NCBI GenBank assembly: GCA_964016885.1
Contig: OZ024741.1
Coordinates: 210,552,001-210,616,000 of the forward strand
Direction of reading: 5' to 3'
Source: Eledone cirrhosa
Lineage: Eukaryota
DNA length: 64,000 nucleotides
Positions 41,501 through 52,560 of the stretch are shown in pieces. The notes under the pieces are model-generated. The model was not told the DNA's origin and ran no database searches. It saw only the letters and a list, made by a program, of their open reading frames with translations. Each line of letters starts with the position of its first letter. The first letter of the stretch is position 1. The translations under genes and the position numbers were made by a program.

Positions 41501-43980
41501 CCACTGTCTCAGCCTCAGTCCACTGTCTCAGCCACAGTCCACCTATCTCAGCCACAGTCCACCTATCTCAGCCACAGTCCACTGTCTCAGCCTCAGTTCA
41601 CTGTCTCAGCCACAGTCCACCTATCTCAGCCACAGTCCACTGTCTCAGCCACAGTCCACCTATCTCAGCCACAGTCCAATGTCTCAGCCTCAGTCCACCT
41701 ATCTCAGCCACAGTCCACTGTCTCAGCCTCAGTCCACTGTCTCAGCCACAGTCCACCTATCTCAGCCACAGTCCACTGTCTCAGCCTCAGTCCACTGTCT
41801 CAGCCACAGTCAACCTATCTCAGCCACAGTCCACCTATCGCAGCCACAGTCCACTGTCTCAGCCTCAGTTCACTGTCTCAGCCACAGTCCACCTATCTCA
41901 GCCACAGTCCACTGTCTCAGCCACAGTCCACCTATCTCAGCCACAGTCCACTGTCTCAGCCTCAGTCCACTGTCTCAGCCACAGTCCACCTATCTCAGCC
42001 ACAGTCCACCTATCTCAACCACAGTCCACTGTCTCAGCCTCAGTTCACCTATCTCAACCACAGTCCACTGTCTCAGCCTCATTCCACTGTCTCAGCCTCA
42101 GTCCACCTATGTCAGCCACAGTCCACTGTCTCAGCCTCAGTCCACCTATCTCAGCCACAGACCACTGTCTCAGCCACAGTCCACCTATCTCAGCCACAGT
42201 CCACTGTCTCAGCCACAGTCCACCTATCTCAACCACAGTCCACTGTCTCAGCCTCAGTCCACTGTCTCAGCCTCAGTTCACCTATCTCAACCACAGTCCA
42301 CTGTCTCAGCCTCAGTCCACTGTCTCAGCCACAGTCCACTGTCTCAGCCTCAGTCCACTGTCTCAGCCACAGTCCACCTATCTCAGCCACAGTCCACTGT
42401 CTCAGCCACAGTCCACCTATCTCAGCCACAGTCCACTGTCTCAGCCTCAATCCACCTATCTCAGCCACAGTCCACTGTCTCAGCCTCAGTCCACTGTCTC
42501 AGCCACAGTCCGCCTATCTCACCCTCAGTCCACTGTCTCAGCCACAGTCCACCTATCTCAGCCTCAGTCCACCGTCTCAGCCACAGTCCACTGTCTCAGC
42601 CACAGTCCATTGTCTCAGCCACAGTCCACTGTCTCAGCCTCAGTTCACCTATCTCAACCACAGTCCACTGTCTCAGCCTCAGTCCACTGTCTCAGCCACA
42701 GTCCACCTATCTCAGCCACAGTCCACCTATCTCAGCCACAGTCCACTGTCTCAGCCTCAGTTCACTGTCTCAGCCACAGTCCACCTATCTCAGCCACAGT
42801 CCACTGTCTCAGCCACAGTCCACCTATCTCAGCCACAGTCCAATGTCTCAGCCTCAGTCCACCTATCTCAGCCACAGTCCACTGTCTCAGCCTCAGTCCA
42901 CTGTCTCAGCCACAGTCCACCTATCTCAGCCACAGTCCACTGTCTCAGCCTCAGTCCACTGTCTCAGCCACAGTCCACCTATCTCAGCCACAGTCCACCT
43001 ATCGCAGCCACAGTCCACTGTCTCAGCCTCAGTTCACTGTCTCAGCCACAGTCCACCTATCTCAGCCACAGTCCACTGTCTCAGCCACAGTCCACCTATC
43101 TCAGCCACAGTCCACTGTCTCAGCCTCAGTCCACTGTCTCAGCCACAGTCCACCTATCTCAGCCACAGTCCACCTATCTCAACCACAGTCCACTGTCTCA
43201 GCCTCAGTTCACCTATCTCAACCACAGTCCACTGTCTCAGCCTCATTCCACTGTCTCAGCCTCAGTCCACCTATGTCAGCCACAGTCCACTGTCTCAGCC
43301 TCAGTCCACGTATCTCAGCCACAGACCACTGTCTCAGCCACAGTCCACCTATCTCAGCCACAGTCCACTGTCTCAGCCACAGTCCACTGTCTCAGCCACA
43401 GTCCACCTATCTCAACCAAAGTCCACTGTCTCAGCCTCAGTCCACTGTCTCAGCCTCAGTTCACCTATCTCAACCACAGTCCACTGTCTCAGCCTCAGTC
43501 CACTGTCTCAGCCACAGTCCACTGTCTCAGCCTCAGTCCACTGTCTCAGCCACAGTCCACCTATCTCAGCCACAGTCCACTGTCTCAGCCACAGTCCACC
43601 TATCTCAGCCACAGTCCACTGTCTCAGCCTCAATCCACCTATCTCAGCCACAGTCCACTGTCTCAGCCTCAGTCCACTGTCTCAGCCACAGTCCGCCTAT
43701 CTCACCCTCAGTCCACTGTCTCAGCCACAGTCCACCTATCTCAGCCTCAGTCCACCGTCTCAGCCACAGTCCACTGTCTCAGCCACAGTCCATTGTCTCA
43801 GCCACAGTCCACTGTCTCAGCCTCAGTTCACCTATCTCAACCACAGTCCACTGTCTCAGCCTCAGTTCACCTATCTCAACCACAGTCCACTGTCTCAGCC
43901 TCAGTCCACTGTCTCAGCCACAGTCCACTGTCTCAGCCTCAGTCCACTGTCTCAGCCACAGTCCACTGTCTCAGCCTCAG
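38560..43980. repeat. Nested duplications: a 1164-bp duplication inside a 2695-bp tandem duplication (boundaries approximate)
   Basis: CATTCC at 39385, 40549 (+1164), 42080 (+2695) and 43244 (+1164 and +2695); ACCAAAG 40701/43415 (+2714 = 2695 plus one extra 19-mer near 43380). Confidence 0.9.
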
Positions 43981-46900
43981 TCCACTGTCTCAGCCACAGT
44001 CCACCTATCTCAGCCACAGTCCACTGTCTCAGCCACAGTCCACTGTCTCAGCCACAGTCCACTGTCTCAGCCACAGTCCACCTATCTCAACCACAGTCCA
44101 CTGTCTCAACCACAGTCCACTGTCTCAGCCTCAGTTCACCTATCTCAACCACAGTCCACTGTCTCAGCCACAGTCTACCTATCTCAGCCACAGTCCACTG
44201 TCTCAGCCACAGTCCACCTATCTCAGCCACAGTCCACCTATCTCAGCCACAGTCCACTGTCTCAGCCACAGTCCACCTATCTCAGCCACAGTCCACCTAT
44301 CTCAGCCACAGTCCACTGTCTCAGCCACAGTCCACCTATCTCAGTCTCAGTCCACTGTCTCAGCCACAGTCCACCTATCTCAGCCACAGTCCACTGTCTC
44401 AGCCTCAGTTCACCTATCTCAGCCACAGTCCATTGTCTCAGCCACAGTCCACCTATCTCAGCCACAGTCCACTGTCTCAGCCTCAGTTCACCTATCTCAA
44501 CCACAGTCCACTGTCTCAGCCTCAGTTCATCTATCTCAGCCACAGTCCACCTATCTCAGTCTCAGTCCACTGTCTCAGCCACAGTCCACCTATCTCAGCC
44601 ACAGTCCACTGTCTCAGCCTCAGTTCACCTATCTCAACCACAGTCCACTGTCTCAGCCTCAGTCCACCTATCTCAACCACAGTCCACCTATCTCAGTCTC
44701 AGTCCACTGTCTCAGCCACAGTCCACCTATCTCAACCACAGTCCACTGTCTCAGCCTCAGTTCACCTATCTCAGCCACAGTCCACCTATCTCAGTCTCAG
44801 TCCACTGTCTCAGCCACAGTCCACCTATCTCAGCCACAGTCCACTGTCTCAGCCTCAGTTCACCTATCTCAACCACAGTCCACCTATCTCAGTCTCAGTC
44901 CACTGTCTCAGCCACAGTCCACTGTCTCAGCCACAGTCCACCTATCTCAGCCACAGTCCACTGTCTCAGCCTCAGTTCACCTATCTCAACCACAGTCCAC
45001 CTATCTCAGCCTCAGTCCACTGTCTCAGCCTCAGTTCACCTATCTCAGCCACAGTCCACTGTCTCAGCCACAGTCCACCTATCTCAGCCACAGTCCACTG
45101 TCTCAGCCACAGTCCACCTATCTCAACCACAGTCCACTGTCTCAGCCACAGTCCACCTATCTCAGCCACAGTCCACTGTCTCAGCCTCAGTTCACCTATC
45201 TCAACCACAGTCCACCTATCTCAGTCTCAGTCCACTGTCTCAGCCACAGTCCACTGTCTCAGCCACAGTCCACCTATCTCAGCCACAGTCCACTGTCTCA
45301 GCCTCAGTTCACCTATCTCAACCACAGTCCACCTATCTCAGCCTCAGTCCACTGTCTCAGCCTCAGTTCACCTATCTCAGCCACAGTCCACTGTCTCAGC
45401 CACAGTCCACCTATCTCAGCCACAGTCCACTGTCTCAGCCACAGTCCACCTATCTCAACCACAGTCCACTGTCTCAGCCACAGTCCACCTATCTCAGCCT
45501 CAGTCCACTGTCTCAGCCTCAGTCCACTGTCTCAGCCACAGTCCACTGTCTCAGCCTCAGTCCACTGTCTCAGCCACAGTCCACCTATCTCAGCCACAGT
45601 CCACTGTCTCAGCCACAGTCCACCTATCTCAGCCACAGTCCACTGTCTCAGCCTCAGTCCACCTATCTCAGCCAGAGTCCACTGTCTCAGCCTCAGTCCA
45701 CTGTCTCAGCCACAGTCCACCTATCTCAGCCACAGTCCACTGTCTCAGCCTCAGTCCACTGTCTCAGCCACAGTCCACCTACCTCAGCCACAGTCCACTG
45801 TCTCAGCCTCAGTCCACTGTCTCAGCCACAGTCCACCTATCTCAGCCACAGTCGACTGTCTCAGCCACAGTCCACCTATCTCAGCCACAGTCCACTGTCT
45901 CAGCCACAGTCCACCTATCTCAACCACAGTCCACTGTCTCAACCACAATCCACTGTCTCAGCCTCAGTTCACCTATCTCAACCACAGTCCACTGTCTCAG
46001 CCTCAGTCCACTGTCTCAGCCACAGTCCACTGTCTCAGCCTCAGTCCACTGTCTCAGCCACAGTCCACTGTCTCAGCCTCAGTCCACTGTCTCAGCCACA
46101 GTCCACCTATCTCAGCCACAGTCCACTGTCTCAGCCACAGTCCACTGTCTCAGCCACAGTCCACTGTCTCAGCCACAGTCCACCTATCTCAACCACAGTC
46201 CACTGTCTCAACCACAGTCCACTGTCTCAGCCTCAGTTCACCTATCTCAACCACAGTCCACTGTCTCAGCCTCAGTCCACCTATCTCAGCCACAGTCCAC
46301 CTATCTCAGCCACAGTCCACCTATCTCAGCCACAGTCCACTGTCTCAGCCTCAGTCCACTGTCTCAGCCACAGTCCACCTATCTCAGCCACAGTCCACTG
46401 TCTCAGCCACAGTCCACTGTCTCAGCCTCAGTCCACTGTCTCAGCCACAGTCCACCTATCTCAGCCACAGTCCACCTATCTCAGCCTCAGTCCACTGTCT
46501 CAGCCTCAGTCCACTGTCTCAGCCACAGTCCACCTATCTCAGCCACAGTCCACTGTCTCAGCCTCAGTCCACCTATCTCAGCCACAGTCCACCTATCTCA
46601 GCCACAGTCCACTGTTTCAGCCACAGTCCACTGTCTCAGCCACAGTCCATCTATCTCAGCCACAGTCCACTGTCTCAGCCACAGTCCACCTATCTCAACC
46701 ACAGTCCACTGTCTCAACCACAGTCCACTGTCTCAGCCACAGTCCACTGTCTCAGCCTCAGTCCACCTATCTCAGCCACAGTCCACCTATCTCAGCCACA
46801 GTCCACTGTCTCAGCCACAGTCCACTGTCTCAGCCACAGTCCACCTATCTCAGCCACAGTCCACTGTCTCAGCCTCAGTCCACTGTCTCAGCCACAGTCC

Positions 46901-49019
46901 ACCTATCTCAGCCACAGTCCACCTATCTCAGCCACAGTCCACTGTCTCAGCCTCAGTTCACTGTCTCAGCCACAGTCCACCTATCTCAGCCACAGTCCAC
47001 TGTCTCAGCCACAGTCCACCTATCTCAGCCACAGTCCAATGTCTCAGCCTCAGTCCACCTATCTCAGCCACAGTCCACTGTCTCAGCCTCAGTCCACTGT
47101 CTCAGCCACAGTCCACCTATCTCAGCCACAGTCCACTGTCTCAGCCTCAGTCCACTGTCTCAGCCACAGTCCACCTATCTCAGCCACAGTCCACCTATCG
47201 CAGCCACAGTCCACTGTCTCAGCCTCAGTTCACTGTCTCAGCCACAGTCCACCTATCTCAGCCACAGTCCACTGTCTCAGCCACAGTCCACCTATCTCAG
47301 CCACAGTCCACTGTCTCAGCCTCAGTCCACTGTCTCAGCCACAGTCCACCTATCTCAGCCACAGTCCACCTATCTCAACCACAGTCCACTGTCTCAGCCT
47401 CAGTTCACCTATCTCAACCACAGTCCACTGTCTCAGCCTCATTCCACTGTCTCAGCCTCAGTCCACCTATGTCAGCCACAGTCCACTGTCTCAGCCTCAG
47501 TCCACCTATCTCAGCCACAGACCACTGTCTCAGCCACAGTCCACCTATCTCAGCCACAGTCCACTGTCTCAGCCACAGTCCACCTATCTCAACCACAGTC
47601 CACTGTCTCAGCCTCAGTCCACTGTCTCAGCCTCAGTTCACCTATCTCAACCACAGTCCACTGTCTCAGCCTCAGTCCACTGTCTCAGCCACAGTCCACT
47701 GTCTCAGCCTCAGTCCACTGTCTCAGCCACAGTCCACCTATCTCAGCCACAGTCCACTGTCTCAGCCACAGTCCACCTATCTCAGCCACAGTCCACTGTC
47801 TCAGCCTCAATCCACCTATCTCAGCCACAGTCCACTGTCTCAGCCTCAGTCCACTGTCTCAGCCACAGTCCGCCTATCTCACCCTCAGTCCACTGTCTCA
47901 GCCACAGTCCACCTATCTCAGCCTCAGTCCACCGTCTCAGCCACAGTCCACTGTCTCAGCCACAGTCCATTGTCTCAGCCACAGTCCACTGTCTCAGCCT
48001 CAGTTCACCTATCTCAACCACAGTCCACTGTCTCAGCCTCAGTTCACCTATCTCAACCACAGTCCACTGTCTCAGCCTCAGTCCAATTTCTCAGCCACAG
48101 TCCACTGTCTCAGCCTCAGTCCACTGTCTCAGCCACAGTCCACCTATCTCAGCCACAGTCCACTGTCTCAGCCACAGTCCACCTATCTCAGCCACAGTCC
48201 ACTGTCTCAGCCTCAGTCCACCTATCTCAGCCACAGTCCACTGTCTCAGCCTCAGTCCACTGTCTCAGCCACAGTCCGCCTATCTCAGCCACAGTCCACC
48301 TATCTCACCCTCAGTCCACTGTCTCAGCCACAGTCCACCTATCTCAGCCTCAGTCCACTGTCTCAGCCTCAGTCCACTGTCTCAGCCTCAGTCCACCTAT
48401 CTCAGCCTCAGTCCACTGTCTCAGCCTCAGTCCACTGTCTCAGCCTCAGTCCACCTATCTCAGCCACAGTCCACTGTCTCACCCTCAGTCCACCGTCTCA
48501 GCCACAGTCCACTGTCTCAGCCACATTCCACTGTCTCAGCCACAGTCCACTGTCTCAGCCACAGTCCACTGTCTCAGCCTCAGTTCACCTATCTCAACCA
48601 CAGTCCACTGTCTCAGCCTCAGTTCACCTATCTCAACCACAGTCCACTGTCTCAGCCTCAGTCCACTGTCTCAGCCTCAGTTCACCTATCTCAACCACAG
48701 TCCACTGTCTCAGCCTCAGTCCACTGTCTCAGCCTCAGTCCACTGTCTCAGCCACAGTCCACTGTCTCAGCCTCAGTCCACTGTCTCAGCCACAGTCCAC
48801 CTATCTCAGCCACAGTCCACTGTCTCAGCCACAGTCCACCTATCTCAGCCACAGTCCACTGTCTCAGCCACAGTCCACCTATCTCAACCACAGTCCACTG
48901 TCTCAGCCTCAGTTCACCTATCTCAGCCACAGTCCACTGTCTCAGCCTCAGTCCACTGTCTCAGCCACAGTCCACCTATCTCAGCCACAGTCCACTGTCT
49001 CAGCCACAGTCCACCTATC

Positions 49020-50220
49020 TCAGCCACAGTCCACCTATCTCAGCCACAGTCCACTGTCTCAGCCACAGTCCACCTATCTCAGCCACAGTCCACCTATCTC
49101 AGCCACAGTCCACTGTCTCAGCCACAGTCCACCTATCTCAGTCTCAGTCCACTGTCTCAGCCACAGTCCACTGTCTCAGTCTCAGTCCACCTATCTCAGT
49201 CTCAGTCCACTGTCACAGCCACAGTCCACTGTCTCAGTCTCAGTCCACCTATCTCAGTCTCAGTCCACTGTCTCAGCCACAGTCCACCTATCTCAGCCAC
49301 AGTCCACTGTCTCAGTCTCAGTCCACCTATCTCAGTCTCAGTCCACTGTCTCAGCCACAGTCCACTGTCTCAGTCTCAGTCCACCTATCTCAGCCACAGT
49401 CCACTGTCTCAGCCTCAGTCCACTGTCTCAGCCACAGTCCACTGTCTCAGCCTCAGTCCACTGTCTCAGCCTCAGTCCACCTATCTCAACCACAGTCCAC
49501 TGTCTCAGCCTCAGTTCACCTATCTCAGCCACAGTCCACTGTCTCAGCCTCAGTCCACTGTCTCAGCCACAGTCCACTGTCTCAGCCTCAGTCCACTGTC
49601 CCAGCCTCAGTCCACCTATCTCAGCCACAGTCCACCTATCTCAGCCACAGTCCACTGTCTCAGCCACAGTCCACCTATCTCAGCCACAGTCCACCTATCT
49701 CAGCCACAGTCCACTGTCTCAGCCACAGTCCACCTATCTCAGTCTCAGTCCACTGTCTCAGCCACAGTCCACTGTCTCAGTCTCAGTCCACCTATCTCAG
49801 TCTCAGTCCACTGTCACAGCCACAGTCCACTGTCTCAGTCTCAGTCCACCTATCTCAGTCTCAGTCCACTGTCTCAGCCACAGTCCACCTATCTCAGCCA
49901 CAGTCCACTGTCTCAGTCTCAGTCCACCTATCTCAGTCTCAGTCCACTGTCTCAGCCACAGTCCACTGTCTCAGTCTCAGTCCACCTATCTCAGCCACAG
50001 TCCACTGTCTCAGCCTCAGTCCACTGTCTCAGCCACAGTCCACTGTCTCAGCCTCAGTCCACTGTCTCAGCCTCAGTCCACCTATCTCAACCACAGTCCA
50101 CTGTCTCAGCCTCAGTTCACCTATCTCAGCCACAGTCCACTGTCTCAGCCTCAGTCCACTGTCTCAGCCACAGTCCACTGTCTCAGCCTCAGTCCACTGT
50201 CCCAGCCTCAGTCCACCTAT
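49020..50220. repeat. Local tandem duplication, period 601 bp (boundaries approximate)
   Basis: TGTCACAG 49211/49812 and CCCAGCC 49600/50201, both +601; each marker occurs once in the homologous block at 55152/55541. Confidence 0.88.
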
Positions 50221-52229
50221 CTCAACCACAGTCCACTGTCTCAGCCACAGTCCACCTATCTCAGCCACAGTCCACTGTCTCAGCCTCAGTCCACTGTCTC
50301 AGCCACAGTCCACCTATCTCAGCCACAGTCCACTGTCTCAGCCACAGTCCACTGTCTCAGTCTCAGTCCACCTATCTCAGCCACAGTCCACTGTCTCAGC
50401 CACAGTCCACCTATCTCAGCCACAGTCCGCCTATCTCAGCCACAGTCCACTGTCTCAGCCACAGTCCACCTATCTCAGTCTCAGTCCACTGTCTCAGCCA
50501 CAGTCCACTGTCTCAGTCTCAGTCCACCTATCTCAGCCACAGTCCACTGTCTCAGCCACAGTCCACCTATCTCAGCCACAGTCCACTGTCTCAGCCACAG
50601 TCCACCTATCTCAGTCTCAGTCCACTGTCTCAGCCACAGTCCACTGTCTCAGCCACAGTCCACCTATCTCAGCCACAGTCCACCTATCTCAGCCACAGTC
50701 CACCTATCTCACCCTCAGTCCACTGTCTCAGCCACAGTCCACCTATCTCAGCCTCAGTCCACTGTCTCAGCCTCAGTCCACTGTCTCAGCCTCAGTCCAC
50801 CTATCTCAGCCTCAGTCCACTGTTTCAGCCTCAGTCCACTGTCTCAGCCTCAGTCCACCTATCTCAGCCACAGTCCACTGTCTCACCATCAGTCCACCGT
50901 CTCAGCCACAGTCCACTGTCTCAGCCACAGTCCACTGTCTCAACCACAGTCCACTGTCTCAGCCACAGTCCACTGTCTCAGCCTCAGTTCACCTATCTCA
51001 ACCACAGTCCACTGTCTCAGCCTCAGTTCACCTATCTCAACCACAGTCCACTGTCTCAGCCTCAGTCCACTGTCTCAGCCTCAGTTCACCTATCTCAACC
51101 ACAGTCCACTGTCTCAGCCTCAGTCCACTGTCTCAGCCACAATCCACTGTCTCAGCCACAGTCCACTGTCTCAGCCACAGTCCACTGTCTCAGTCTCAGT
51201 CCACTATCTCAGCCTCAGTCCACCTATCTCAGCCACAGTCCACTGTCTCAACCACAGTCCACTGTCTCAGCCTTAGTTCACCTATCTCAACCACAGTCCA
51301 CTGTCTCAGCCTCAGTCCACTGTCTCAGCCACAGTCCACTGTCTCAGCCTCAGTCCACTGTCTCAGCCACAGTCCACCTATCTCAGCCACAGTCCACTGT
51401 CTCAGCCACAGTCCACCTATCTCAGCCACAGTCCACTGTCTCAGCCACAGTCCCCTATCTCAACCACAGTCCACTGTCTCAGCCTCAGTTCACCTATCTC
51501 AGCCACAGTCCACTGTCTCAGCCTCAGTCCACTGTCTCAGCCACAGTCCACCTATCTCAGCCACAGTCCACTGTCTCAGCCACAGTCCACCTATCTCAGC
51601 CACAGTCCACCTATCTCAGCCACAGTCCACTGTCTCAGCCACAGTCCACCTATCTCAGCCACAGTCCACCTATCTCAGCCACAGTCCACTGTCTCAGCCA
51701 CAGTCCACCTATCTCAGTCTCAGTCCACTGTCTCAGCCACAGTCCACTGTCTCAGTCTCAGTCCACTGTCTCAGCCACAGTCCACCTATCTCAGCCACAG
51801 TCCACTGTCTCAGTCTCAGTCCACCTATCTCAGCCTCAGTCCACTGTCTCAGCCACAGTCCACTGTCTCAGCCTCAGTCCACTGTCTCAGCCTCAGTCCA
51901 CCTATCTCAACCACAGTCCACTGTCTCAGCCTCAGTCCACTGTCTCAGCCACAGTCCACTGTCTAAGCCTCAGTCCACTGTCTCAGCCACAGTCCACCTA
52001 TCTCAGCCACAGTCCACTGTCTCAGCCACAGTCCACCTATCTCAGCCACAGTCCACTGTCTCAGCCACAGTCCACCTATCTCAACCACAGTCCACTGTCT
52101 CAGCCTCAGTTCACCTATCTCAGCCACAGTCCACTGTCTCAGCCTCAGTCCACTGTCTCAGCCACAGTCCACCTATCTCAGCCACAGTCCACTGTCTCAG
52201 CCACAGTCCACCTATCTCAGCCACAGTCC

Positions 52230-52560
52230 ACTGTCTCAGCCTCAGTCCACTGTCTCAGCCACAGTCCACTGTCTCAGCCTCAGTCCACTGTCTCAGACAC
52301 AGTCCACCTATCTCAGCCACAGTCCATGTCTCAGCCTCAGTCCACCTATCTCAGCCACAGTCCACTGTCTCAGCCACAGTCCACCTATCTCAACCACAGT
52401 CCACTGTCTCAGCCTCAGTCCACTGTCTCAGCCACAGTCCACTGTCTCAGCCTCAGTCCACTGTCTCAGACACAGTCCACCTATCTCAGCCACAGTCCAT
52501 GTCTCAGCCTCAGTCCACCTATCTCAGCCACAGTCCACTGTCTCAGCCACAGTCCACTGT
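52230..52560. repeat. 173-bp (9-monomer) tandem duplication containing an 18-bp deletion monomer
   Basis: CAGACAC 52294/52467 and AGTCCATG 52321/52494, both +173. Confidence 0.88.
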
